NCBI GenBank assembly: GCA_038204425.1
Contig: JBBRCZ010000016.1
Span: forward strand, 1 to 51,675
DNA length: 51,675 nucleotides
Direction: 5' to 3'
From: Spirochaetia bacterium
GTDB lineage: Bacteria > Spirochaetota > Spirochaetia > DSM-27196 > Salinispiraceae
The notes beneath the pieces are model-generated. The model saw only the letters and a list, made by a program, of their open reading frames with translations, was not told the origin of the DNA and did no database searches. The position numbers and the translations under genes are program-made. Positions 17,605-27,377 of the stretch are shown here, piece after piece (positions within the stretch are counted from its first letter, which is position 1; each line of letters opens with the position of its first letter).

Positions 17605-19917
17605 ATGGCTCAGCAGGCAAAGACCGCTCGCATCGAAATTAAAAAAGTAACGCTAACCGGCGATGACAGTCCACGCGACACACGACAATCAAACCAAAGT
17701 TTTGCCGTGCCCAAAACAATCGTCAAGCGCAACGGTGAACAGGTGGCTTTTGAGCCTCTGCGAATCCAGGATGCGATCGTAAAGTGCTTTGCAGGTCTGA
17801 GTCGTCAACCTCAAACCGAACCCCAAGAGATTACTACTCGAGTTACCAATGTGGTAAGTGCAAAGTATGAGCACCCAACGGTTGAGCAAGTGCAAGACAT
17901 TGTGGAAATGGTTTTGCAGGCCGCTGGAGAGTATGAAGCAGCCAAAGCTTATATTTTATATCGTGCCGAACATGCTAAGCTTCGCAAGGATCGTCCCGTT
18001 CCGGACGAAGTAAGCGCTGCCTTTGCAGAGTCGGATGTATACTTTCCTACTCAGCTTCAGAAATTTCAGTTTTACGACAAATACAGTAGATTTAACTACG
18101 ACTTGGCTCGCCGTGAAACTTGGCTGGAAACCGTCGATCGTGCGGTCACTTATATGAGAGAACTCTCACACAACAAGCTGTCTGACGACGACTATGGCAG
18201 GATTCATGCCGGCATTCTTCGTATGGACGTTATGCCATCAATGCGCCTTTTGGCCATGGCGGGTGACCCAGCACGTCGCAGTAACATTGCCATTTACAAC
18301 TGCTCCTATTTACCTGTAGATAGCCTAGACAGCTTTGTAGAGGCGCTGATAATTTCTATGCACGGCTGTGGCGTAGGCTTTTCTGTTGAGCGTCAATACA
18401 TAGAAAAATTGCCGCGCATTCAGCGTCAAACTGGAGTCAAACGCCCCAGCTATTTAGTGCCAGACACTGGTGACGGCTGGTCAGACTCTTTGCGCGTTGG
18501 CTTACAGACGTGGTATGACGGCGAAGACATCGACTTTGATTTTTCACAAATTCGTCCTGCTGGCGTGCCATTGAAGATCAAGGGTGGCCGCGCAAGTGGT
18601 CCAGAGCCATTGCGCCAAATGCTCAACTTTGCCCGCTCGCGAATATTCGCCCGCCAAGGCAGCTTTATGACAGCACTCGACGCCCACGACATTATGTGTT
18701 CAGTCGGCGGAGCTGCAGTTTCTGGCGGTGTTCGAAGAACTGCTATGATCAGTCTCTTTGATTATGATGACCAAGATATGCGCCATGCTAAAGACGGTGA
18801 CTTTTGGCAGCACAACAGCCAACGTTGGAACGCCAACAACTCGGCAGTCTGGCCACAACGGCGCTTGACCCAAGAAGAAATAGCTCGCTTTGTCTTGGAT
18901 ATGGTAAGCTCGGGCCGCGGCGAACCTGGCATCTTTAACCGCAAGGCCGCTAATGAAAACCGACCGGCGCGACGTGGCGAGGCCGAATTTGGCACCAATC
19001 CTTGTGGCGAGATTATCCTACGACCTTACGAGTTCTGCAATCTTTCTTCGGCTATAGCTCGTTCAAGCGACAGCTTTGAAAGCCTGCGAGAAAAAGTGGA
19101 ACTGGCAACCATGATAGGGACCATTCAATCGATGGCAACCAACTTTCCTGGCCTACGCCCAATTTGGAAACAAAACAGTGAAGAAGAACGCTTGTTGGGT
19201 GTTGACCTCAATGGTCAGATGGACAGCCCGGCCTGCCAAGACCCTGATGTACAAAGTCGCTTGCGTTACGTTGCAGTGGAAACAAACCGCCAGTATGCCA
19301 AACTGCTTGGCATCAAGCAAAGTGCGTGTGTCACTACCGTTAAACCATCAGGAAATTCTAGCCAGCTACTCAATTGTTCGTCAGGCATACACGCTCGCTG
19401 GGCGCCGCACTACATCCGCAATGTACGAGTTGGCGGTCACAGCCCTGTCTTTAAGGTATTGCGCGCCGAAGGTGTGCCAATGGATCCAGAAAATGGCCAA
19501 GTAGCTGAGACTGCAACAACCTGGGTGGCACACTTTCCGGTAAAAAGCCCAGAGAATGCTTCTACTCGCAATGACCGCACAGCCTTGCAACAATGTGACT
19601 ATTGGCTGCAGAACAGAGTCCATTACACCGAACACAACCCTTCGGTTACCATCACTTATCATCCCGATGAAGTAATTGATATCGTAAAATGGATTTGGGA
19701 GCATCAAGATAGAATTGGTGGCATGGCTTTCTTACCAGCTATGGATGCTCGCTATGAACAAATGCCTTACGAAGAGATAAGCGCCGAAGTCTACGAGAAA
19801 CTGGCTCGCAGCTTCCCCAATATTGACTTTGCCAAGATCTACCGTTATGAAGAACAGGACTTGACAACAGCAGCCCAAGAATTAGCTTGTATGTCCGGTC
19901 AGTGCGACATTAACTAG
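17605..19917 (+). CDS. nrdJ: class II (adenosylcobalamin-dependent) ribonucleotide reductase with ATP-cone
   Basis: IVKRNG ATP-cone; YNCSY, GTNPCGEI, FCNLS, TVKPSG; C-terminal CMSGQC; no beta-subunit gene adjacent. Confidence 0.92.
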   Translation: MAQQAKTARIEIKKVTLTGDDSPRDTRQSNQSFAVPKTIVKRNGEQVAFEPLRIQDAIVKCFAGLSRQPQTEPQEITTRVTNVVSAKYEHPTVEQVQDIVEMVLQAAGEYEAAKAYILYRAEHAKLRKDRPVPDEVSAAFAESDVYFPTQLQKFQFYDKYSRFNYDLARRETWLETVDRAVTYMRELSHNKLSDDDYGRIHAGILRMDVMPSMRLLAMAGDPARRSNIAIYNCSYLPVDSLDSFVEALIISMHGCGVGFSVERQYIEKLPRIQRQTGVKRPSYLVPDTGDGWSDSLRVGLQTWYDGEDIDFDFSQIRPAGVPLKIKGGRASGPEPLRQMLNFARSRIFARQGSFMTALDAHDIMCSVGGAAVSGGVRRTAMISLFDYDDQDMRHAKDGDFWQHNSQRWNANNSAVWPQRRLTQEEIARFVLDMVSSGRGEPGIFNRKAANENRPARRGEAEFGTNPCGEIILRPYEFCNLSSAIARSSDSFESLREKVELATMIGTIQSMATNFPGLRPIWKQNSEEERLLGVDLNGQMDSPACQDPDVQSRLRYVAVETNRQYAKLLGIKQSACVTTVKPSGNSSQLLNCSSGIHARWAPHYIRNVRVGGHSPVFKVLRAEGVPMDPENGQVAETATTWVAHFPVKSPENASTRNDRTALQQCDYWLQNRVHYTEHNPSVTITYHPDEVIDIVKWIWEHQDRIGGMAFLPAMDARYEQMPYEEISAEVYEKLARSFPNIDFAKIYRYEEQDLTTAAQELACMSGQCDIN

Positions 19918-19958
19918 CCAACTAGAGTTAGCACAAGCGTAGCCTAATTATTTAATGC

Positions 19959-19999
19959 CCCCAGACAGTCCGCCTCGTGTGACTATCTGGGGTTTTTTT
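19959..19999 (+). terminator. intrinsic terminator after nrdJ
   Basis: CCCCAGACAGTC/GACTATCTGGGG stem plus T7. Confidence 0.85.
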
Positions 20000-20046
20000 A
20001 TTGACAGTGCTTGTCAAGATAACGTGTCTGACGTATTTTTGTAGCT

Positions 20047-20712
20047 ATGGAAAACCCGACGAAATCACCCTTGAACACATTTTTGAAGTTATTATTTAGG
20101 CTTGTTTGGATAGCGACTCCTATCCCCTTTGTGCTGATCTATCGGCAAGAGTGGTGGTTTGCTGACCCGAGCAGCTTTACGAGCGAACTATCCACCATAG
20201 TTGGCGTATCTGCTTTTATTTGGTTTAGCGGTCAACTGGTATTGGCTGCGCGACCCTTTGGTCTTGCGCGCTGGTTTGGAGTCCCTCAATTGCTGAATCT
20301 GCACGCCTTGATGGCAGTCTTTGGCTTTGCAGCGGTTCAGGCTCACTTCTTTCTCAAGAGCTCAGCACCTGATTTTGCGCCAAGTTTTCAAACCATGTTT
20401 GGATTTATTGCAAATCTTATAATTCTCTTAGGAAGCATATTTGCCTACTTGAGCATGTCTAACGCGCCTGGGACCAAGGCTGCATGGTTGCAACGAATAC
20501 GTAAAACAATCAAAGAAAAATGGCAGCTAAGCTACCCGCGATTACGCCTAATACACAACCTTTTGGCGCTTGCTGTTCTATTGGCGATGGTGCATGTTTT
20601 ATTGGCCACCAACACCCAGTATACGCAGTACGCCAGCATAGCAATGGCCAGCTGGCTGGGAGTGGGAGTGCTGCTACTTGTCATTTATCGCATCAGAAAA
20701 CGAGCCAACTAA
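20047..20712 (+). CDS. ferric reductase-like transmembrane (heme-binding) domain protein
   Basis: About 6 TM helices; QLVLAARP...LH...H and IH...H histidine pairs. Confidence 0.7.
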   Translation: MENPTKSPLNTFLKLLFRLVWIATPIPFVLIYRQEWWFADPSSFTSELSTIVGVSAFIWFSGQLVLAARPFGLARWFGVPQLLNLHALMAVFGFAAVQAHFFLKSSAPDFAPSFQTMFGFIANLIILLGSIFAYLSMSNAPGTKAAWLQRIRKTIKEKWQLSYPRLRLIHNLLALAVLLAMVHVLLATNTQYTQYASIAMASWLGVGVLLLVIYRIRKRAN

Positions 20713-20766
20713 GCGGCATTGGCTCTTGCTCAATTGGCAACTAGCTGTGGTTTGACTGTGGTTTGA

Positions 20767-22044
20767 CTATCGTTTGACCAGCCGGTAAAAGCGCTTTTTG
20801 CCAGCTCGCAGCAAGAGCGACCCGTCTTCTTCGGCATTTGCCTGCCAGAGCTCTTGATTGAGAACTGCTTGCAGATCCTCTTGCTTGCTTGTACCGAGAC
20901 TCACTCCACCCTGCTGCATCAGTCGTCTTGCCTCAGCCTTGGAAGGAGCGAGGCCGGTTTGCACCAAAATATCGAGTAGTCCAAAGCCCGCCGCAAGCCC
21001 TGCTTGGTCCAATTCCAAAGTTGGTGCACTTTCTAGACCCGCGACGTTGCCAGCGAAGGCTGCATTTGCCGCTGCCAAGCAGTCGTCGGCAACTGATTTT
21101 CCGTGCACTAAAGCAGTAAAATGCCAGGCCAAACGCTCTTTGGCCAGATTGATTTGATTACCGGCCAAGGACTCCAATTGAACAATCTCATCGAGAGGCA
21201 AAAAGGTAAAAATACGCAAAAATCGGCCTACGTCAACATCGGGCACATTGCGCCAATACTGAAAAATATCCAAGGCCGGTGTTTGTTGGCGGTCAAGAAA
21301 GAGACTTCCTTTTTCTGTTTTGCCCATTTTTTTGCCATCTGAGCGCGTTACTAGCGGAAAAGTGAGACCAAAAACCTCGTCGGCCTTACCTTCGCCATCA
21401 ATCCTTCGTATTAAATCGGCACCGGCTACAATGTTGCCCCACTGGTCATCGCCACCAATCTGCAAGCGACAGCCGTGGTTCTTATTGAGGATATGGAAGT
21501 CATAACTTTGCAGCAGCTGATAATTGAACTCGATAAAACTCAAACCGCGTTCCATACGCATTTTGTAAGTTTCAAAACTCAACATGCGATTGACCGAAAA
21601 ATGGATACCGATGTCGCGCAAAAAATCTATGTAGTTGAGCTGATTGAGCCAGTCGGCGTTGTTGAGCATCAGCATGCCATCTCCATCGACGCCAGCGTTG
21701 TCCAAGAAGGAACGCAGTTGGCTTGCGATGCTGTCGGCATTGGCTTGGATCTCGTCTTTTGACAAGATTTTTCTCATTTCTGTTTTACCGGTTGGGTCGG
21801 GAATACGTGCCGTACCGCCGCCCACCAAGGCAATGGGTCGGTGCCCCGCTCGCGCCAAATGAGCCATGGCAAAAACTGGCACCAAGTGGCCAATGTGTAA
21901 GCTAGGTCCAGTTGGGTCAAACCCACAGTAAAAGGTAATCTTTTGCTTGTCTAACGCGGCTTGGAGCCCTATTTGGTCAGTACACTGTTTAAAAAAGCCG
22001 CGTTGCATAAGTACGTCAAAAGCGTTGGTGGCCAATGCTGCCAT
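20767..22044 (-). CDS. tyrS: tyrosine-tRNA ligase
   Basis: GFDPTGPSLHIGH, QIGGDDQWGN, KMGKT and C-terminal S4 domain. Confidence 0.98.
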   Translation of the reverse strand: MAALATNAFDVLMQRGFFKQCTDQIGLQAALDKQKITFYCGFDPTGPSLHIGHLVPVFAMAHLARAGHRPIALVGGGTARIPDPTGKTEMRKILSKDEIQANADSIASQLRSFLDNAGVDGDGMLMLNNADWLNQLNYIDFLRDIGIHFSVNRMLSFETYKMRMERGLSFIEFNYQLLQSYDFHILNKNHGCRLQIGGDDQWGNIVAGADLIRRIDGEGKADEVFGLTFPLVTRSDGKKMGKTEKGSLFLDRQQTPALDIFQYWRNVPDVDVGRFLRIFTFLPLDEIVQLESLAGNQINLAKERLAWHFTALVHGKSVADDCLAAANAAFAGNVAGLESAPTLELDQAGLAAGFGLLDILVQTGLAPSKAEARRLMQQGGVSLGTSKQEDLQAVLNQELWQANAEEDGSLLLRAGKKRFYRLVKR

Positions 22045-22121
22045 GGTAAAACCTCTTCACTAACTGAGAATAAGGCACACTATAGCCAAAAGCAGCGCAA
22101 TCTTCCAGCCCAAGGCCTGCT

Positions 22122-23561
22122 TTACGATTCAACCTTAAATTGCCCCCATACCATGCCCATCCAACATGAATAGTCGATCAATCCAAGTTTGCTTGGAGCT
22201 TTAAAGAAGACTTCATTGTAGCCTTTTTTGACTCTAAACTTTACGTTAAGGTCGGGCGCCATTATAGCATTGGTACATCCGCTTACTTGGTCACCCCAAA
22301 CTATCCACTTTACATCGACGCCTGGCTTGAGGCTTATGACTTCGGGGGCAAATCCTCTGAAGTCAACCCGCATTTCTACCACTTGCACCGGCGCACTGCC
22401 AGTCTCGCTTGGTTTTAGTGCTTGGGGTTGGCGCACGGGTTTGGTGCTTGGCTCAATGGTTTGGGAGTACAAACTGCTGCCGACATTCACAATTTTTGTG
22501 GCTGACAAAAAGGTAAATACGGCAAAACCAAGCATCAGTAGGCCAGTAGCTCGTTTTAAAACTTGGCTGTTGCGATTGGCAGACCAGGACGATCCAAGCC
22601 CCACCATAAACAGAACCGGACTTGTCCCGATAGCAAAGGCTGCTAGACTGAGCCCACCAAGCAAGGGTGAAGAACTAGATAGTGCAAAAAGTTGCATGCT
22701 TTGTGTAAAACCACAGGGAAGGATAAACGTTATCGCGCCCAAAACAATCGGTATATAGGCGTTGGTCGACTCGCGCCAGGTTTTCAGTTTTTTCTGGAAT
22801 CCTGTCCCCAGAAGGCTGGTATTGCCACCGGGAAGGAGTACTAGCAAACTACGAGCGCCCAAGATAGATAGACCGGCTATGACCATGCCTACAGAAATTA
22901 CAATCTGAAATACGCCGACAAAGGTGCCAGTAAGTGAAATGCTGCCGCCAATAGCACCAAGAATTAGTCCCATTATCAAAAAAGTGCCAATTCTTCCGCC
23001 GTGAAATAGCAGGTTGGGCTTGAGTATCTTGTCTTTGCCATAGAGGGAGCCAAATCCCATTACCAAAGAGCCCACCAGTGCCAAACAGGAAGAAAGCGAA
23101 GCAACGAGTCCCATAAGTAAGGCAAAACCAATACTTGCAAGCAGATCCAATTTGGAATCGCCGACGACTTCTGCTTGCATTATGGCGTCGGTTCCAAGAC
23201 CAAAGTGCTGGACCATTAAGAAGATGCTTACCAGGGCCGCAGCTATGACGAATGAAAACCCCCACGAACCAAAGCTTTTTAACCAATTGCCTCTTGGCCC
23301 TACCGGACCCTGTCTATTCTTAAAGTTTTTTCTTACCTTAAAGCCGTGTGGCTTAACCAATTCATTGGCCTGGGCAATTATACCGTCAAGTTGCTCATCG
23401 CCCAAATGCTCTTGAACGTCCAAAACAATGCGTGCCTTGGCAGTCTTAAGGTTGACGTCTATTTTGTCAACGTTTGGCAGTCGCATAAATTCCTGTTTGA
23501 CGAGCTGTACACACGATGCGCAGTGCATTCCTTCGATTACTAGTTTTAGTTCTTTTTTAAT
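22122..23561 (-). CDS. HMA + DsbD_2/TauE-type membrane domain + cupredoxin protein
   Basis: GMHCASC, SSCLALVG, LPCGFTQSMQ, GCTNAI and YSCWMGM; start tentatively placed at in-frame ATT 23561 (first ATG is 23528). Confidence 0.88.
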   Translation of the reverse strand: MKKELKLVIEGMHCASCVQLVKQEFMRLPNVDKIDVNLKTAKARIVLDVQEHLGDEQLDGIIAQANELVKPHGFKVRKNFKNRQGPVGPRGNWLKSFGSWGFSFVIAAALVSIFLMVQHFGLGTDAIMQAEVVGDSKLDLLASIGFALLMGLVASLSSCLALVGSLVMGFGSLYGKDKILKPNLLFHGGRIGTFLIMGLILGAIGGSISLTGTFVGVFQIVISVGMVIAGLSILGARSLLVLLPGGNTSLLGTGFQKKLKTWRESTNAYIPIVLGAITFILPCGFTQSMQLFALSSSSPLLGGLSLAAFAIGTSPVLFMVGLGSSWSANRNSQVLKRATGLLMLGFAVFTFLSATKIVNVGSSLYSQTIEPSTKPVRQPQALKPSETGSAPVQVVEMRVDFRGFAPEVISLKPGVDVKWIVWGDQVSGCTNAIMAPDLNVKFRVKKGYNEVFFKAPSKLGLIDYSCWMGMVWGQFKVES

Positions 23562-23565
23562 AGTT

Positions 23566-23844
23566 TTATCCTAAATAGCTTTCAATTACGCTGATTAGTT
23601 CTTGCACTTTTGCTTGCGACTGAGCTGCGTCGGCGTTAAGTGCATCCTTGACGCAAGTGTTCATGTGTTGCCTCAAGATGGTCAGGTTTGCCTTCTTGAG
23701 CAGAGCCATTGCAGCAAGCAATTGGCGCGATACATCCACACAATAGCGGTCGTTTTCTATCATAGAGATGACCGCCTCTACTTGTCCGCGTGCAGTTTTA
23801 ACCAAGTTGCTTGCGGCCACACTTTCGCTCGTACAATGATCCAT
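23566..23844 (-). CDS. csoR: copper-sensing repressor CsoR family
   Basis: ARGQVEAVISMIENDRYCVDVSRQL...LRQHMNTCV (C-H-C ligand set). Confidence 0.9.
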   Translation of the reverse strand: MDHCTSESVAASNLVKTARGQVEAVISMIENDRYCVDVSRQLLAAMALLKKANLTILRQHMNTCVKDALNADAAQSQAKVQELISVIESYLG

Positions 23845-23883
23845 AAAACCTCCTCTAGTGGACTCTTTTAGGGGACGTCTTGC

Positions 23884-26202
23884 TTAGTTTGAAGACTCTG
23901 GCCTTTTTTTGACGGAGAACGACTTAAGCCTTAGAGCGTTAGAGACTACCGACACAGAACTCAAGGACATTGCCAACGCGGCAAATACTGGATTCATCAA
24001 GGGGCCTCCAAAAACAAACAATAGCCCCGCTGCTACAGGTATGAGAATGATATTGTAGGCAAATGCCCAAAACAAATTTTGTTTTATATTGGTAACTGTT
24101 GATTTTGAAAGTAAATAAGCGGTCTTAATCTGATTGAGATTGTTGTGAACCAAGACAAGATCCGCGCTCTCCATGGCAACATCGGTGCCGCTGCCCAAGG
24201 CGATACCCACGTCGGCTAGAGCCAATGAAGGTGCATCATTTACACCGTCGCCGACCATGCCGACCTTAAACTTGGCTTTTTTTAATTGTGCAATCTCTTG
24301 GGCCTTTTCTTCCGGGACAAGCTCTGCTATGACCCTATTAATACCAAGTTTTTTGGCTACAGCGCTGGCCGAGCGGCGATTGTCTCCTGACAGCAAGACG
24401 GTCTCTATTTTCATACTGTCCAAATCCTGGATAACGCTCTGTGCTTCGTCACGAGCTGGATCTTCTGCTGAAAAAAGTGCACACAGCTTGTTGTTTTCTG
24501 CCAAAAACAGCAGACTCCGACCTTGTTCGGACTCGACTTGACCTTTGGCTATTAGTTGAAGCGCCGTTTGGTCCTTGCTATCAATACCTAACCCCGTCAA
24601 AAATGAGAGCGTCCCAACGGCTATTGAGTGACCTTCTACCAGGCCTTGTATTCCTCTACCCGGTATGGCGGTAAATGCTTCAACTTGACTTAGTGTTTCT
24701 ATTCCCTGGCCATACTGTGCCAGTACCGCCTTAGCCAAAGGATGTTCTGACTTTGCTTCTAGTGCCGCGCACCACTTGAGAACAAGATCTTGGTCAAAAA
24801 CTGGACTTGTAACCGAGCTTATCACCGGCTTGCCTTTGGTGAGCGTGCCTGTTTTGTCAAAGACCAGCATGTTGATTTGGGACATGGTTTCTAACGCTTC
24901 TGCATTTTTAAACAGTATGCCTAACTCGGCAGCCTTACCAGTGCCAACCATAATGGCAGTCGGCGTTGCCAAGCCCAAGGCACAGGGGCACGACACCAAC
25001 AAAACTGACGTAAAGACCGTAAAGACAAAATCTATGTTGGCGCCAGCGATTAGCCAGATGACTGCACTGAGTGTCGCAACCAAGAGTGCAGCAGGCACAA
25101 ACCAGGCCGAAACAGCGTCAGCAAGACGAGCTATAGGAGCTTTGGAATCCTGGGCGTTTTCTACCAATTTTATGATGTGCGCGAGATTAGTATCCGCGCC
25201 AACTTTCTTTGCCACAAAGGTAAACGAACCGTCCACGTTAACCGTACCTGCCAGTACTTTACTCTCTGGCGTTTTGGCAACAGGAAAAGACTCTCCGGTC
25301 ATCATCGACTCATCAACAGAGCTCAGACCTTCAAGAACTTCACCATCTACCGCTATACGTTCACCTGGCCTGATGCGAATAGTATCGCCGGGCAGCAAGT
25401 CCTTTACTTCGACTTGATGCTCAGCACCATCGGGACCGACTAGACTGGCAAACTGTGGTGCCAAATTAAGCAGGGCTTGCATAAACTTACTGGTGCGTCT
25501 CTTAGCTATCGCTTCGAGCAGCTTACCTAAAAGTATCAATGTTATGATTACAGCCGCTGTTTCAAAATACAGGTGGTGGACTGCCGCAAGTTGGCCCAAG
25601 GCAATATTGATTATGCTATAGACACTGTAGATAATTGCGGCGCTGGTGCCAACGGCAACTAGGCTGTCCATGCTTGGTTTAAGCTTAAACAGTGCTGGGA
25701 TTCCATGTGCAAAAAAGCGCCGACCAGCGTACAAAACAGGCAGAACGAGTAAGGCACTAATTAGTGAATAGACCAAGGGGTGCATCATTGGGTGTGCAAA
25801 GTCAGGGAATGGCAGATTGATAAAACTTATCATAGGAGCCATAGCAAAATAGAAGAGTGGCAGCGTAGCCACTGATGCGACCAACAAATCCGTTTTTAGG
25901 GCTCTGATTTCTTGGTCTTTTCTCTTGTCGTGCTGGTTGTGGTCTTCTTTTTCCAGTACCTTATAGCCGGCTTGTTCTATAGCAGCTTTTATCTGTGAAA
26001 AGCGAACGTTTTTGGTATCAAAGCTAAACTCACCGGTTTCTGAGCCGAGGTTAACTTGCGCCTTGCTAACACCAGATAGCGCTAAGGCACTACGTTCCAC
26101 CACTCTCACACAACTTGCGCAGGTCATTCCCTGTATACTTATCTTTTTTGTCAAAATGTTATCTGCCAAAGGAGTATCGATCTTTTCGAAAACGAGTGCC
26201 AT
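23884..26202 (-). CDS. copA: copper-translocating P1B-type ATPase
   Basis: GMTCASC, TGES, CPCALGLATP, DKTGTLT, HP, GDGVND, YN and MSLSS motifs. Confidence 0.96.
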   Translation of the reverse strand: MALVFEKIDTPLADNILTKKISIQGMTCASCVRVVERSALALSGVSKAQVNLGSETGEFSFDTKNVRFSQIKAAIEQAGYKVLEKEDHNQHDKRKDQEIRALKTDLLVASVATLPLFYFAMAPMISFINLPFPDFAHPMMHPLVYSLISALLVLPVLYAGRRFFAHGIPALFKLKPSMDSLVAVGTSAAIIYSVYSIINIALGQLAAVHHLYFETAAVIITLILLGKLLEAIAKRRTSKFMQALLNLAPQFASLVGPDGAEHQVEVKDLLPGDTIRIRPGERIAVDGEVLEGLSSVDESMMTGESFPVAKTPESKVLAGTVNVDGSFTFVAKKVGADTNLAHIIKLVENAQDSKAPIARLADAVSAWFVPAALLVATLSAVIWLIAGANIDFVFTVFTSVLLVSCPCALGLATPTAIMVGTGKAAELGILFKNAEALETMSQINMLVFDKTGTLTKGKPVISSVTSPVFDQDLVLKWCAALEAKSEHPLAKAVLAQYGQGIETLSQVEAFTAIPGRGIQGLVEGHSIAVGTLSFLTGLGIDSKDQTALQLIAKGQVESEQGRSLLFLAENNKLCALFSAEDPARDEAQSVIQDLDSMKIETVLLSGDNRRSASAVAKKLGINRVIAELVPEEKAQEIAQLKKAKFKVGMVGDGVNDAPSLALADVGIALGSGTDVAMESADLVLVHNNLNQIKTAYLLSKSTVTNIKQNLFWAFAYNIILIPVAAGLLFVFGGPLMNPVFAALAMSLSSVSVVSNALRLKSFSVKKRPESSN

Positions 26203-26221
26203 GCTTGCCTCCTAATGTTCT

Positions 26222-26252
26222 ATACCCCACCCCAGTAGAGGGGGGGGGGTAT
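26222..26252. promoter_or_regulatory. CsoR-type operator (C-tract/G-tract inverted repeat)
   Basis: ATACCCCACCCC-N7-GGGGGGGGGTAT between the promoter and the copA RBS. Confidence 0.75.
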
Positions 26253-26263
26253 GGTATGCTTTG

Positions 26264-26293
26264 AGTATAAGTTTATCTGATTAGTTTGGTCAA
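26264..26293 (-). promoter_or_regulatory. sigma70 promoter of copA operon
   Basis: TTGACC-N18-TATACT on minus strand. Confidence 0.6.
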
Positions 26294-26329
26294 GATAAAT
26301 TCTTGCCATCTGCATCAAACGCGGTATGG

Positions 26330-27250
26330 TCAGCCAGTTTTGGCACTTGCTTGCAGGTTTTTGCGATAACTGCTTGGCGAGAGTCCTTGCACTCGTTTAA
26401 AGGCCTTTGAAAAAACAAAAGAGTCTTGATAACCGACTGCTTGAGCTGCTTCTTCCACGTTATAGCTTGTTGTGCGAAAAATCTTGGCGGCCTTTTTGAT
26501 GCGCAGGTCGGAAAGATAGTGGGCTGGCGTGTCGCCAATCATTTGTTTGAACTTTTGCGCAAAGGCGGCCCTGGAAAGTCCGCTTACTTCTGCCAGTTTT
26601 TGGATTGACCATTCTTTTTCGGGCGCATCGTGCATGACTTTAAGCGCCTTATATATGTAGGGGTCGTTGAGTGCGGCGCTAAAAGTCTCACCATGGTGCT
26701 GATTGGACTTGGCCCAAAGTCGCAACATGTAATGAAACATTATGTCCAAGAGGCTGCGCGTGACCGTGTTCTTGCCAAGCTGCTTAGTGGCCAGCTCTGC
26801 CGACAAAAGCAAGAGCGCCGAGTGCATGGGGTCGTGGGACGGAATGTCTTGGGCGCGAATAAGAATCCGGTCTGGCAATTCTTTAAAAAAGACATGGCTT
26901 GGCGCATCGTCAAAACGGTAGACACCAGATGCAAAAGTCACCAAAGCTGCCCCGGCATGCTTACTCTGAGCAAGGTCCTCGACAGGCATAGTGCTCTGAA
27001 CAGGCACATCAGCATCGGTGGCCACCTCGTGCTCCCAGGCGATAGTAGCAAGCAGAATATCACCCTTTTGCAACACTATCGGCTGAGCGAGTTGAGCAGA
27101 ACGAATATAGAGTTGCCCCTGGGTGACCACATGAAAACCGATGCTTTTATTGCAAGGGAACTTAAGCGCCCAAGGCAGATAGAACGATCTCTCGACAAGG
27201 AGCGATTTTTCTATGCCAGCTAGGTCAAGCACATTAGACAAAATATCCAT
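26330..27250 (-). CDS. AraC family regulator with N-terminal cupin
   Basis: MDILSNVL, GFHVVTQG and C-terminal double HTH (SRAAFAQKFK...VGYQDSFVFSKAFKR). Confidence 0.93.
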   Translation of the reverse strand: MDILSNVLDLAGIEKSLLVERSFYLPWALKFPCNKSIGFHVVTQGQLYIRSAQLAQPIVLQKGDILLATIAWEHEVATDADVPVQSTMPVEDLAQSKHAGAALVTFASGVYRFDDAPSHVFFKELPDRILIRAQDIPSHDPMHSALLLLSAELATKQLGKNTVTRSLLDIMFHYMLRLWAKSNQHHGETFSAALNDPYIYKALKVMHDAPEKEWSIQKLAEVSGLSRAAFAQKFKQMIGDTPAHYLSDLRIKKAAKIFRTTSYNVEEAAQAVGYQDSFVFSKAFKRVQGLSPSSYRKNLQASAKTG

Positions 27251-27377
27251 AGGGCTGAGTATAAAGTGCCCAATCGACTTTTGTCTAATCATTTAGACGA
27301 TTAGACATATTATGTGGACATTTAGCCATTAAAAAGATGCAGCAAAGCCGCTACTTTGGCAGAACAAGGAGTTTTAC

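Noticed and set aside
24173..25417. Long plus-strand ORFs (122 and 213 aa), and similar ORFs at 22228, 26630 and 50307
   Set aside because: Antisense shadows of well-supported genes, with no motifs of their own.
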